Below are positions 26,307 to 40,234 of a stretch of DNA of 64,000 bases, piece by piece (positions within the stretch are counted from its first letter, which is position 1; each line of letters begins with the position of its first letter). The DNA is from Balanoglossus misakiensis. Lineage: Eukaryota; Animalia; Hemichordata. Location of the stretch: NCBI GenBank assembly GCA_040954595.2, contig CM082579.2:244922-308921 (forward strand), in the 5' to 3' direction. The notes beneath the pieces were generated by a model, which had not been told where the DNA came from, did not search any database, and worked only from the letters and a program-made list of their open reading frames with translations. Made by a program: the position numbers and the translations under genes.

Positions 26307-27545
26307 ATGTCTGAGCAGAAGGTGGTGGCAACCGAGCGATCTCAGTCCGTCTATTCGGCTAACTGGAAAGAAGACGTTCTGTTACGGAGAAAACTGAAAG
26401 AAATCGACACGTCAGGTAGGAGGGTTGTGCACAGCATTGAAATTGATCAACGTGTCGTTAATAAACGATTCCAACAGAAGCTGTACCGATCGCGCCTGGC
26501 TTACGCTCGACTGACAGGTAACAGGGAAAAACTAAAAGAATTATTATCGAAAGACGGTTACAAGTTTAATACCAATGTCTGCGGAGATGACGACTATACT
26601 GTCAAACTACCGACAGCTAACAAACGAGCGTCGAGTGCCCCTTCCTTACGACAACAAGTTTACGGCGGTAAGGGTATGGTAGGCAGGGAGACGGTAGACA
26701 GGCCTGCAACGGTGGCTGTTACCAACCCCCACGCTAAAACTATTGATATCGATGATTTACTGATGAATATTTCGAATGGACATCGACCATCCAGGCCTAA
26801 AAGTAGCCTTTCGGTCGCGTCTAGAAAAGTTAAAATTCGGCCTTCCACTGCGCTTGGTGGCCTCAATCAAGCCGAAACCAATGGACATCAAGTGATGGAC
26901 GATGGAACTGATGTCATCGATGTCGAAATGGATACGGAGGCAGATTGGCAAGACGATGACGTGGACGATGACAATGCAAGCGGTAGAAGGGTTTCTGTCG
27001 TGAAACACACCCGATTTAAAATCGACAAAACCAGTTCCAGACCAAAGACAGCCATGGGTTTTCTGACGACTCCGACAAGTTCTAATGTTACCAATCGGCG
27101 TCCCAACAAACCACGCCGGCCAAAAAGTACCAGTTCTTCGACGAAAAGCAAAGGTGGACTGTTTGATGACGCTAAAAAACCAACTCTGTTGGAAATCCAC
27201 CAAGAACAAGTTAAAGCCGCAAATTATCCACAAAAAGTCCGACGATTTCTTACTTCTGTGAAGTCTTTGCAAAGTGGCAACGAAGTGGATTACTACACGA
27301 TGAGAGTGATAGAGGACGCCGGCAAAGGGAGTAAAAATAAACTGAATATTAACTGTGTAGAGAGTTTAGCTGAAAAGAAAGATGCACTGAGAAGCATTGG
27401 TGATTTGAACTCCAGGAATATGACAATGCGGACTATTTGTTGGGACTTCAAAATGAACAGTGGACAAGGCGAGAGTCGCGAACAGTCTGAGAGAAACGGT
27501 GAAGATAATCCCGATGACGTCGAGATGGAAGAGTTAAACGAATAA
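26307..27545 (+). CDS. Uncharacterised 412-aa protein (single coding exon): N-terminal basic helical/coiled segment, then a long disordered Ser/Thr/Arg/Pro- and Asp-rich region
   Basis: 1,239-nt ORF in otherwise ORF-poor DNA with good start context (aaacaATGt) and protein-like composition. Family not recognised. Confidence 0.8.
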   Translation: MSEQKVVATERSQSVYSANWKEDVLLRRKLKEIDTSGRRVVHSIEIDQRVVNKRFQQKLYRSRLAYARLTGNREKLKELLSKDGYKFNTNVCGDDDYTVKLPTANKRASSAPSLRQQVYGGKGMVGRETVDRPATVAVTNPHAKTIDIDDLLMNISNGHRPSRPKSSLSVASRKVKIRPSTALGGLNQAETNGHQVMDDGTDVIDVEMDTEADWQDDDVDDDNASGRRVSVVKHTRFKIDKTSSRPKTAMGFLTTPTSSNVTNRRPNKPRRPKSTSSSTKSKGGLFDDAKKPTLLEIHQEQVKAANYPQKVRRFLTSVKSLQSGNEVDYYTMRVIEDAGKGSKNKLNINCVESLAEKKDALRSIGDLNSRNMTMRTICWDFKMNSGQGESREQSERNGEDNPDDVEMEELNE

Positions 27546-30500
27546 GGGAGAATATCAGATTTTGTGGATGCTTAAGGAGTGATTGACAACATAAACTGTT
27601 GATGTGCAGAAGGATGTGGATTTCTGTGTGAAAGCTCTAGGAAAAGACCCGCTAGGGAGAAAGCTTCAGTATGCCATGTTTGTACAAAACCGGGATGAAA
27701 TGTGTGTACCTGGAGGCTTCAATGACAATCTTACCAAATATACCCAATAGTTTGTTTTAGTATTCACCAACGCAATGAATGTTCGGATGCCATGGAAATT
27801 TCAATTTTTAGGCCACACTTTAGAAGCTTTGGTCAACTGCATGAATTTATTGACATGGAACGATTTTCAGATTAATCACCTGAAAATCAGGTACATATAC
27901 AGCGTTGATTACATAAACGGCATTTGAACGATAGACAGATGAACTTAGCGTGGAGGTACCAACAGACTCCATGAACTTAATTCGTCAATCCTGAGACACG
28001 GCTAACATGCTCCGAGTAGAACTCTAAACCAAACTACATTTGTGCTACGCACATCTCTGTATACACATCCATATACTTGGAATTATGGAAAAATGTATTG
28101 TCTTTGATATAAAGATGTGTGATATCTATATCGCATCTCTAAAATACTCAAGTAGAACTTATTCATGATACGTTGTGAACTTAGGACCTTGTGTTGCTTT
28201 AGTTTCAATTTTGCAAAGTTTTAGATTTGGGGCAATTGTAACTTGGAAACTTTGATTGGAATAGTTGTCTGCCCGACCAGTTACTGACTAGTGTTGCTTG
28301 AATAAATAACAACGTGTACACGCTGGATATTGTTGTACTTGACCAAAGACCGGTTCAAGTTGCATACCATTTGTCTGAGCTTGGTAACCGTGTAACTTAA
28401 TTGGCCAGGTATATGAGAGTAGACGAGGGTATTTGACCGTCGTCTCGCTCCACTGTTCTCCGTTTTACGATGGGTCAAATTGCAAATTAAACAGCTAGAG
28501 TGAATAGAAGAGAGAGAGCTCGGTTACATTATTGTTTGGTAGCATTATATATTTATAAAGTCGAGTCGTCTGTTGTAACAATAAGGTGACCCTATGCAGG
28601 CGTTCGCCAAGTCTATATTAGGACTGGCGTTTTAATGGAGACTTCAGTCGTAAAAAGAGATACTCTCAGGCCATCGAGTTCTCTATAAAGAACCTAATAA
28701 TTGCCCTTTTATTTTCACATATTTCACTGAGAGAAATGGGCGTTTTATTTGTATACCATTGGGCTGGGCCAATCCCATGAGTGAAGAATGGCGTGCTCAG
28801 ATGTGATATTCTTCGTCTGAATATAATTCCGTAAACAGTCGCCAAAATCAATGTAACACCCACAACAACCTGTTGAGCCTATCAACACAGAACAAAATTT
28901 ATGAACTTCAAGTTTCACAGCGGGAGCAGTTGACATTATTGTAGAGAATAGTGTCGAACGTAAAACAATGAATTTGGGTTATATAACACTGAGCGGCTGG
29001 TCTACCCATCCGACTCATTTCATGACTGCCTTCATTTCAAATTGTGTACACGGTAGTCAAAGTTCGGCAACAGTACACAAGTCGGTAAAAACCGCGTCAG
29101 GCTAACGAGAGCATGTTGGCCAAGCAGTCCTGCTCTGTATGTGAGTCAGTCAATGCCCACTCGCATGAAAAGACCCGACGTCCAAAGAACACAGGTTGTG
29201 GTTGAAACTCAATAGTTACGGTATGCATTGCGTTGTGTACATACAAACACGCAACCGCATATTTTTATCCGCGCAGAATTACAAATCAGTCCTCCAAATA
29301 TTGAGCGTCTAACATCGTTGTTTTATTTTGAAATTGTCGTTACAAGATCGATATGGACCGAATTTGTTGCGTAAAGCAATTTAATCCCTTCATACCATAG
29401 AAGAAACTGAATAAAAACGATCTATATTTCCAATCCGCTTTGTATCAACGTAGCGTTGTTTATTTCTTCCGGCCCGGGTCCACCACACCTGTTCTTATCC
29501 TAGTCTGGTCCCACATGGACCTTGGAGGGTTTCATCCAAGTACAGTCCCTCCAAGTATTGTGCTGTAATTGCGGTCACCAAGGAGTTTGTCACCATCTAC
29601 AAGTACTAAGACTCTATTGTTTTCTGTCCAAATCCTGATGTAAACAACATTGGCTGACCCTTTGAGTCAGATCTCACTACAACCGGTGACCCTATCTCAG
29701 CCATTGCTAACCCCGACATAGCAACACAGCAGTAAATCGTAAATTTTCAGCATATTAACTGCAGTCTGCCATTTACTGTCCCATTTGCATGAAAAAAAAA
29801 ATCGACACACAGCTCATTTTATTTCGCAGTAATGAAATGATGTCCAAGGTCTCTTGCTATGACAACTATCGTGTAGTATTTGAGTGTGACTTGTAATCTG
29901 AACAAGTCCAACTTCAACGTTGGCTCAGTAACCGGACATCGTTCACACAGTGTCACGTTTTTCGTGTCACAGATAATAGTCATTCAAGAGGGGGTTAGAA
30001 TTTGTTGGGTGCACACGTCATGGGAAAATATACCTCATAAAATGATCTGGGCACCAGCGACCAAGCTAGAAACACTTAAGCTTAATGTTCAAATTTGACG
30101 TTTTATTTTTTTTTAAAGAAGGACGACCTTATCAGGGGAGAGCCGATTTTAGGAGATTTTGAATACTCGCACGTGCAATTAAACAAAACAAGAAAATCAA
30201 TTTATCGTCAAGATATCTAGCTAGTGGCCAATAAAGCAAAGTTCATAAAATGCAGACTGACTGTAGGTATTGTAGGCGTTTTAGACGAATACGTGCGCCC
30301 GTGGTCAAACTTTAAGGCAACCAGACAAAAGCGAGACTATTTTTACACACAGTTGTTCAGAAACATTATGGAGTATGGGCCAGGATTTTTGTTGACTTTT
30401 TCCATTTATTCTTGTTCAATATTAGTTATGCACTGCAATATCAGATATTTAAGATTAGACACAAATAACACACAAAACAATCACTGATTTACAGCACCCA

Positions 30501-33500
30501 ATGTTTCTTTTGTGATCTCGGAAGGTCCGTGAATTCGTTTTGAGTGTCTCTTGACGTTCATGCCACGTCAGAGACTGGAGTTGCTCTAGGCTTGCACGCA
30601 CGACATTGTCGCTTTTGCAATAGAGTGATTCTGTCAACGAATTGGGTATTAAAAAGAAATGTTCCCTTTTAACACACCGTTTCCATGACAACAGTCACGC
30701 GTGTTTGTTAAAGTTGTCTATGTATACATTGTGTACGCGTGGACTAGAGCGGGAGACGATGATTTAGTTCGATGGAGGGTAACGGGATATATATAAATTA
30801 TGTTATCCGCGTCGCTTAATTTTAACTTCATGCAGAGCAATTTGATCAACCCCATGACGCTACAATGGCTGGGGACAGTTTGTCCATGGACAGTAAAAGA
30901 AAATAAACAGCCTAACGCGTGTTAATTGGTAGGTATACCAGTTGATTGACATTGATGAGAGATTTATTGGCACATATTGAACGGGTAACCAGTACGACTC
31001 TGTTCTGCCTGGTCGGTAGTTTGTGGGATACCGCCACTAATATTACACTGCATCCGAACGCCTACATGTCACAGTCTTGTTGAGAGTTTTTCATCTCCAT
31101 GACAACCACGCATTACATTTTCATCGCTTTCACTGTATATTTGAATATATATGAATATGATACCCTATACTCTATACTATAAGTTGTCTATTATTTATAT
31201 TTTGATTTTTGAATGCATATATAACATGTATCATGGCGACTATTTTCCGATTCCAACAAAATACAACACACATCAATCGTAAATCCAAACTCATTTCGTC
31301 CACGTTGAGTTTAACCCGTTGTCTCACGTCACTACAGCTTGTTTGCCGATCTCTCCATAGATTCTCTGTACACGATACACACAAGAAGGCTGTATCGGTG
31401 ATCCGAAAAGTGGGCCACCATAACATGACCCCATGTGTTTATTTTCTGCCAACATTTTCAAAGCTTTGGACCCCGATATTGTCATAAATGTCCCCATTAA
31501 CACTCTTATTAGTTCTAATGAGGAGTTTTGACCACTAATTACCAAATTTTCACAATGTTGTGTTTATTGGGGGTCAACTGGGTCAGTTTATTTTTCGTTT
31601 TTGTAATTGAATGGCCTTTAGAAAAACTCAATTATTTCGGTTTTGAGCAAAACACAGCGCTATCGCTGTTTTCTATATTAAAAGTGGGTACCGTTATAGC
31701 AGACACAATAGACATCGTTGGACAATAGCATCTTCAGTGTTTGTGGAGAGTGTGTACGTGTGGATTGAGACAGACTACATTGATGAATCTGCAAGTATTG
31801 TAAAAACATGTCACTAGGCACAATTCAAACTTAATAACAGTTGGCATGGATAGCCAATGTGTCTTATCTAAGTGACGCTTTCCAAACGGTTGACGGATAC
31901 ATTCTGTCTTTCAGACACAAGCCTACAAAACCTAATAACCCACCTGGGGTCGCCAGAGACAGATTTAATATCAAGCGATTACAGACTGGATCTCGACGCC
32001 CCGCGAGTCCAATAGGACTTGATGAAATAAATTCAGACTAGCAAACTAAACGCCACGCACGCAATGCGTTTTCAATGACCTTTCTCCATTGTCCACATAT
32101 AGTCGCTGTAATTTCAGTTCATGTCTCCAGGGGGTTAGATCTATTGCAGTTTTTTATTATGGTTGGCTTGAATCACTTAGCCCTGTCGCATGAGACTGAA
32201 GAATTTGTACCTTTCTGTTCAGTCTTTTCATATATTTCCCAAGCGGCTAGACAAACATCGTGGCATTTTCCCATTCCATGCTGTTTCAGCAGACTTAGAT
32301 TCTTATAATAATTGCTTTTGACGCAAGGGTTCACAAAAGATCAGGAACGGATAGACTCCAACAAGAGTTGAATCCACGCTTGGTAATTTTATTGACTCCG
32401 ATCGAGTCTTCCTATTTTAAAAGTCTTCTCATGTGCCTGGGACCATTAAATGAACCGATTGTGATTAAGAGACTTGAACGACAGTGTAATTCAATCATTA
32501 ATCTGTTCAGGGAATCATGCTTTTTGTCTAGCACCGTGGACCAGGTTGACAGGAGAAATCTTGCTACATAAAGGTGAAACTGAACACACAGTAGCTTGAC
32601 AACTCTACCTGCAAGCCCACGCCGATAAAATTGGCTATCAATCATCTGACATCTAATAAAACCGCATGAGATTGCGATCAAGTGCTGGCTCATTGTGTTC
32701 TTCAAACAGCCTTTCCACAATCAAAATGTCACATAAATGCATTTACCATTTCCTCGAATCAACGTCGCAAAGGCAACTCTTTCTATTGTTACATAGCAAC
32801 GTATCCGCCAGTGCAGGGAAAACGAGACTTGATAATGGCCGAACTGTGTAAGGGAAATCACGGTCCTCGGTAAAATGTTGTTTGGTGACAAAAAGCCAAT
32901 TTGCTTTTCTCCGGTAATTCGGTCAAGATAATCAGTAAATTTGTCAGATGGCATATGTCCCGTGTGTCTTTTCCACTGTGCTCACACACATTCGCAATAT
33001 CCCTCTCACACAATCAAGGTCGCAAGGAATGCATTGTAAAATACAGCAACGCACACTCACAACCAGGCACGGCTAAGGATCCGTCTAATTCTACTCGGAA
33101 TGATTGATAACAAATCATTTGAGAATATCTTTTTGTTTGAGACGTAGAGATGATAGCCAACGAATCCAATCAACAGGTGGTTTTAAAATTGGTCTAATCT
33201 TAAAATGGTTGCGAAAAAATCACGTGAGACCCCAAACAATGCTCTGCAAAGACAAACTTGCAATGAACAAAACCAATTTGAAGTCTTCTTAGAGGACTTT
33301 TTAAAATAAAAATTTTATGATTCGTGCCTTGGGCCATTTGCCAAAGTCCTTCACAGTCACGTGACGTTTACATTTTCCACATTCGTAACCGGGATGACAA
33401 AGCCTCGACAGCCACGTTGTGTAAGTCTGTGCAGTACTGTGTCCAAATCATTGTTGACACGGCGCATTCTGGTGTCACTCTTTTGGACTTGGGATCTAAC

Positions 33501-36500
33501 AAAAGCAATTGTCCATGCTGAAGTTGGTTACATCACATTTAGATGTTGGTAGGACTACCATGTTATGTTTGTATGTGTGTAACAATGAAGCCAACAAATA
33601 CAATGGATTGGACCACTTCTTTTGCATTCCTCTGAAACTCTGGCCATGTAAAGTTTACATTGGACAAAATGGAAAAACGCAGGGGGGGGGGGTTGAAGGG
33701 GGAAGGGAAGGGAAGGGAGGGAGGGATGGATGGATCATTCAAACGCAAACGCGGTATACCTTTAAAGCAAAAGTGAGTCCTAGTGACCTTACAACTCAAT
33801 GTTTTGTGAATTATATTTAATTCAGTCGGGGGATTAAACTTCTGATTGTCCAACCACTGTATAGATGTTTGGACATGTTTTGTGCATTGAATTGAAAATC
33901 TTGCCGCTTATTGTGGCATATATAGAATGTATGATTTCAATAACTTATTCTCCAGTACATGTATACCAGCATTTAGAGACAGTGGGGTCTTTTTATCTGC
34001 GCATAACATGACCGTTTCACAGGCAGCAGCTTTTGAACATTTTTTTTTATTATTGATCTGTTAGTTTCGTCAACGGTAGCTTCTTTTGTTATCAATGTTA
34101 AATACCACATGAAAGCATAATATAACTTGAGAGCTTGTGCAAACACAATGAAATAAAACACGTCATTGTCAAATTGAAAAGCTGCAGGCGACACACCCAA
34201 ACAGACCTCCCATAACGTAACGGGCACACCTTCAATAACTGATGGAACACCTCTCTATGAATTGGCTAACAGGACAGAATAAAAACGAAATTGCTTTTGA
34301 ACATAAAGTTCATAAAAAACAAACTATTGTACAGATGAGATTTTTCGACTCTGCATGTAATCATTGTGTCATGCCAAACCCACTTTTCGGGTCGGGCTGT
34401 TCAGTGCCCTTTAGAGAAAGACGTGTGGACATTGTACTCGATAACAACCGGGTGTCTGGAAACCAATATGTTCATGTCTTATCAGTAGCTATCAGTTTCA
34501 CCTGTGACACCGGTAAACATCTTGCTGTTTAGTCCGTAAGATGTTGTCCCAATTCAGTTGTTTCTAACTATTACAGGATAAATCCTAATTTAGCAGTTGA
34601 CAAAGTCTGTTTCTCAACGTATAATGAGTTCCAAGTTGGTACAAACAGTATAAACCATATTAGCTATATATTTTGACCACCAGTAAGCACATTTTCACGA
34701 TAAAGACGCCACCATAAACCAAAATGCCACACATGCGCAAAACTGACAACAGGCTCAAAGACTAAGCGACTATACTCAAGGGACTTTTGGATACCGGATA
34801 TTGAGAAAAATCAATAGTTAAATAGTTCTTTCAAGGTCAAGATAATTAGTACGATGACTGAGAATAATCAATTTTGCCCAAACAAAATTAAAATCGACCT
34901 TTCCAACAAACTGTTTTTGACCACTGGGATTGATAAAGACTTTTAATTAAGATGTCTGTTCCTCTAGTCTAGAACCAAAAAGCTTCGCGTCTTTTGCATT
35001 AAGTCCCGTTTGTATCTGAGACAACCTATCCCCTTCCATGTCTGGACTCTCTATTTCAATCTAAAGCTCCATTAAGCCAATGCAACCAAGGAAACTATTT
35101 GGTATTGAGTCCTTCATATTGCAACCAATATGAAGTATGGCATAACTCAGTACCTAGGACTAAAACAATGACATCAAACAAACGTGGTGATCAAATACAG
35201 TGAAAATCGTGTACCAGGCAATTCCTTACATGTCTGTCAAATTCAATGCCATAGAAAATCAATATAATGAAAAGTAAAAACAATGCAAAACTGTCCGAGC
35301 GGTACGTTGTGATGATAGTTTACTATTTGATAAGGAAAAATGACATTCTAACACTTTTTAGAATATTAATATAATTTGAATGAGGGAGTGCAACGCTATG
35401 TCGACAAAGCCCACTCACACGATCACGATGCACGCTATGAAAGCTACGTAATCAACTTTAAAAATACAACTGTAAATGGATGGCAAAGTTCAGATGAAGA
35501 TTGGCGGCGTGTTTGTGATGTTTATCTCATGATTAGGTTAAGTAGATTATTTTGACACTGCCAGACATTTAATTTATATCTCTGTCAACTGCATGTCATT
35601 AAGTTATGTTAAAATTATCATCCCCAGGGCTTTGTAAATATTGGAAATAATGGAAATGTCTCTCTCGATGTTAAATTTTCTCTGAGTCTCTCAAATTGAC
35701 CTGTTTGGCTATCATATTCAAAGAGCAATGGCAATTTGGATCAAACCATGCATGGTGGTGAATGAGTCAAAACGAAGAAATGTGAAAAGAACTAAAACGT
35801 GTAACGGTCCTATTTTGCGGGTAGGTCTGAAAAATACCCAGGTCTACCACATGCCGAGGCGAATGTTTCTTATCAATGACCTTCTAACCCTCATCTCGGT
35901 ATATACCTTAGAACACAGTACAGCGCAGTGAAGTGTAAGCTAGTCACATCTAGGTGTTAAATTGGTCATGGTAACTGTCATAATTCATGGCTTGGAAGTT
36001 GGAATGCTACTGTACTTTGTTACACTATAATCAACTCCTTCAAATACCACACAACTCCTGGTCAATAATTGACTTCATCCTTGTGTTAAGTGATTGAGTC
36101 TTTGTTTGTATTACTTAATCCCATGATATGTGGATTGCCTGCTTGGATGCTGGTTTAAAATTAGATTTCAGGTGGTCGGGTCCTTGAAAGGGCAGTAATG
36201 TGGTTAAGTCTTCCACAAACCAAAATGCTTTCTGAACTTCAACCATTTTTGGATGGGTTTGTGAGGAATAAGATTGCATGAATGGAGAGAACACTACCAT
36301 TATGAAGCAATCAATTGACTACAAACACTCCGTGTGACCATTGATCAGAGACCACCTTCATCTTGTACTTGATTTCAACAAAAGCAATGTCCAGCGATAG
36401 GCCTAGATGTTTCACAGCTAAATTACCTATGGTTGTATATGCCAGTAAATGAGTAATTTCTATGATGTGTTCTATAGAATTCTTCATATTGTTGAATATT

Positions 36501-37025
36501 TTGTCACTTTTTCATGTTACAGGGATCACTGTCATGATTGGCCCAAAGTCACCTGACTCATGTGCATAGCCACCGTTGGAGTAGATCACGTGTCAATGCA
36601 AGGTCACAGTGTGTATGGAGCACTTGACTGTGGCCAGGTGCATGAGTAAGGGTAATAGCATGTTACATCTGTCAAGATTGACTCAAAATGACAAATTAAA
36701 TGTTAATTTGGCTATTAGCCACCACATAAAAGATTGAAATCAAAGCCAGGAATGACATCCCTCATCATTTGACTGAAAGATAAGACTTGTTTGAAAACAA
36801 CATCTCCACATCTACCACAGAACTTATGAAAATCTTTCAGGTAGATTCTATTCTACATGTATTTAATGCATATGACCAAGAACATTTCTATTAAATTTTT
36901 CTTTTAAAATTTGTTTGTTAAGAGAAATAATATGAGATGAATACAATCATAACTATTTAAAGTTTCCCAAAGTTCATTACAGTGAAAAGAATCTCACCAA
37001 TCTATGTACACACAAACCCCTTCAA

Positions 37026-37093
37026 TGTCTGTCTGTCTGTATGTATGTAATGTGTGAATGTATGTGTGTGTATATATATGTGTGTGTGTGTGT
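37026..37093 (+). repeat. Mixed TG/TA/TGTC microsatellite
   Basis: Read directly from the sequence. Confidence 0.8.
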
Positions 37094-37573
37094 ACATCTC
37101 TACACCCGAATTCTCCTAAAATACATCAGTATGTCTGCATTGCAGACACTAACATGTGCAGCAGAACGAATAATTGATCCTGTATTTAATCAGACAAAAT
37201 TCAAGAAGATTCTTACATCAATCTATTGGCCCAGAGTGATTTATTTGCTGGCAGAAATGCCCATATTTCTTTTCGACAAACTTTGAAAAAAAAAAGACAG
37301 AAATGTAACAAGATTAAAGATGTAAAACCGAAACTACCCTGAGGAAGACATAAACATGCATTGATTAATGGTTGAATAGGAATGTATGAAGCACTGAGAT
37401 TGACAAAAAAAACTAAAATAAGCTCTGGGTCCACCTTATGAACACAAGTTCAACAGCAAGTGAGATACCATCACTGGTCAACAACTACCATGTATGGAAA
37501 GTTACATGCAGTTCTTGTGGAGTACAGATGATTCTACTTATGTAACCACAAGGAACAAAACCAAAAAATAATT

Positions 37574-39616
37574 AAAGCTGCAAGCAGCGTTGAAGGGGCC
37601 CAAGCATAGTGTGAATAACCATTAGACTCCATTCAGTGTTGTACAATTCAAATGCGTAGGCTGTATTTGCTCTCGATGTTGAGATATTGGGAAGTAGGCA
37701 ACCACCCGAAATGCATGTCCTACAAGTACAAACACAACAACCAAAGGTGAACTTCTACGTTGTAAGTACTTCAGTAAGTACATCAAAGGTCAGCTGAGGT
37801 ACCCAAAATTGGGACAAAAATTAGGATTCTCTTTTGGTTCATATTCAAGACAACGGAAAATCCCCGCCCTTTGGGTTTGTCAAATTAGATATGGCCATAA
37901 TAATGAGTTACGCAAGTAAGTTACAGGTGGCCCCAGGAATTTAGCATTTCATGACACAGAGGGTCCTACCCTACCCCTCCAAACACCTGGCTATATATGA
38001 TGTGCATGCTAACATATGGAAAGCAGGTCAATGGACACCTGACGTCACCCAAAAATTTGACAATAAATTGTCATTCCTGTTTATGTCATGTGCAACAAAT
38101 CATGCATCTGCAGCCCTTCCACTTTGCCTACCATTAGGTATACATGTAATACATGAATCAAGCAGGTGTCACAGGTATCCCCTTGTATTTGGCATTTCAT
38201 GATAATTTCATCCCTCCAAATACCAAAGCTGCACCTGTACAACGTGCTGAGATGTGGCACTGTACGACAGAGGTCATCCAAATCACCTTATACGTTTGGG
38301 CAAAAATCAACTGACACACATTCGTCCCTGTGGAACAAAAACCACACATATCGCCCCGTTGGTTAGTGTAAAATTAAATGTACAAAATCAATGACTTTGG
38401 CAGGTGCAACAGGTGACCCCGCCTTTGGTATACCATTATGGTCCTATCCGTATATCCCCCCACTCCAAACCTGCATGCATCTGCTTTTATTCACTAAGCA
38501 AAAGCAGGTGAAATGTCACATAAGGTCGCCCACAACTTGACAGGAAAATCGGACTTCATATTGATCCATGTGCAACAAAAATCACGCTAGCATCCCTTTC
38601 ATTGACCCCACAATTACGCATGCACATAATTGAGTTACGCAGGTGACCCCCGAAACGGGCGTATTATTTTGGTCCCATACAGCTGCATGAACCTACGTGC
38701 CATTACGGGCGACCTGATAACCCCCACGGCCACCTGCGAGCCGACCCCCATACTGAACATCCAGTTGCAATGTCTTGACTGAAGTAGGAACTTTTGAACG
38801 GCAACGAAGCCTGATCTCTGATTATTGCTGGTACCATACTCCCTTCGTGCAAGAAAATCACTGGTCTGCTTACGTATTCGGCCGATTTCCCGAACTAATA
38901 CCCACTACATGTGACTACCATGTTAATGAAACCTGACTCGCCCATTAGCGACTGAGGGTCAAAGTCCACTGCCGCAATGTTAACCAGTGTAGCCGGGTCT
39001 GGATAGAAACATTTGAACGGCAACAGCTAACAAACTCAGCGTACTTCAATAAAACGCCCTAACACAGACTGAACTCTGATAATGTGTTGTCCCAAAATTC
39101 ATTCCGTGGAAAATAATCACTGGTCTGTTTACGTATTTCAGCCGATTTTCCAACGAAGTGTGTACCCTGCTAATGAGACCTCCGCAGGATTACGTAATGA
39201 CAGTGAAAGTCCGATACCCAAGTGTTCGTCCTCAGCCCACCAAAAAATGCGAAAAATATTACAAAAATCTTCTTCTCAAAATCGACTTGGCCTAGGACCT
39301 TGAAATTTGGCACAGGCGATTTTGGCCACATAGTCTACAAAAATCGCGAAAAGAATGTACATGCCCCCATTAACGTGCACATTAGGTCAATTTGAAAATT
39401 TCGCTCGATTACAGACACAAAGTCACGTGACTAATTACAAATTCAAAGGGCAGGTGCACTAGTACTCATGGGCCCCAACCACCGTGCAAAATTTGGTAGG
39501 CGCAGCTGCCGGAATTTCAGAGAAAAACGGGCGCAAAAAAACGACTCAAGAAGAAAGAAGAAAAACTCCAGCAATAACAGAAGGGGACCAAGCGCCTGAG
39601 GGCGCTTGGTCCCCTA
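37574..39616 (-). mobile_element. Non-autonomous Helentron-type element (HINE-like), ~2.04 kb
   Basis: One end has a perfect 15-bp hairpin AGGGGACCAAGCGCC-TGAG-GGCGCTTGGTCCCCT (39582-39615). The other end has a matching sub-terminal repeat GGGGCCCAAGC (37595-37605) beside a short stem-loop GCTGCAAGCAGC (37577-37588) and a terminal AAA (TTT on the minus strand). No clear TSD. Diverged internal sub-repeats at ~38793-38893 and ~39012-39154. No Rep/helicase ORF. Confidence 0.8.
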
Positions 39617-40174
39617 ACAATATGTGCAACATTGCCGCAATGTTTTTTGTGTCTGTTTGCATGTCTCTGTGTGTGTCTATATGTTTGGTCAGATCACAGA
39701 ATACTGCCATGTATTTGGGGTCAATGTTGCCCTTTTTATTGGCACATTACACACCAACTATTGTAAAAAGTTTCATTAGTTTCAAGCAGATCAGTTGGTT
39801 GTACTTGCTCCAAGTAAGTACATTTATTTGTGTTTATAGTCAAATTTTAATCAAATAAAATTATTTTAGCTGCCCATCATTTGACGTCCAAGCCAACTGC
39901 GTGCGTTCACCTTCACTAACTTAGATGATAGTTGAACTAATCAGATATGACCACAAAATTAAAATATAAACATGCTCACAATAACTGCAAGAAACTGACA
40001 ACAAAATTTTAAAAACCTGACACATCTGAACATACTTCCATGAAAGAACTTGTCAATCACCTGCATTGTGGATTGAATAAACCAAATTATGACAATGAGA
40101 ATAATGTGAAATATAAATAACAGTTTTCAGTGGATAGTAAGGTAAAAATGGCGTTAAGGTAGTGCATGCAGCCA

Positions 40175-40234
40175 TACACACACACACACACACGTGCATG
40201 CACGCACACAAGCACACACACACACACAGACAGA
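40175..40234 (+). repeat. Interrupted (CA)n microsatellite in the presumptive ETFDH 3' UTR
   Basis: Read directly; ~370 bp beyond the ETFDH stop on the minus strand. Confidence 0.85.

Noticed and set aside
28281-37434. Numerous 60-100-aa ORFs in the intergenic stretch
   Set aside because: No recognisable domains or consistent splice chain; the lengths are as expected by chance.
39240-39330. Similarity between the Helentron-type element (CAAAATCGAC...GAAATTTGG) and the satellite unit
   Set aside because: Only short AT-rich words with different spacing, which is not enough to claim common origin without an alignment test.
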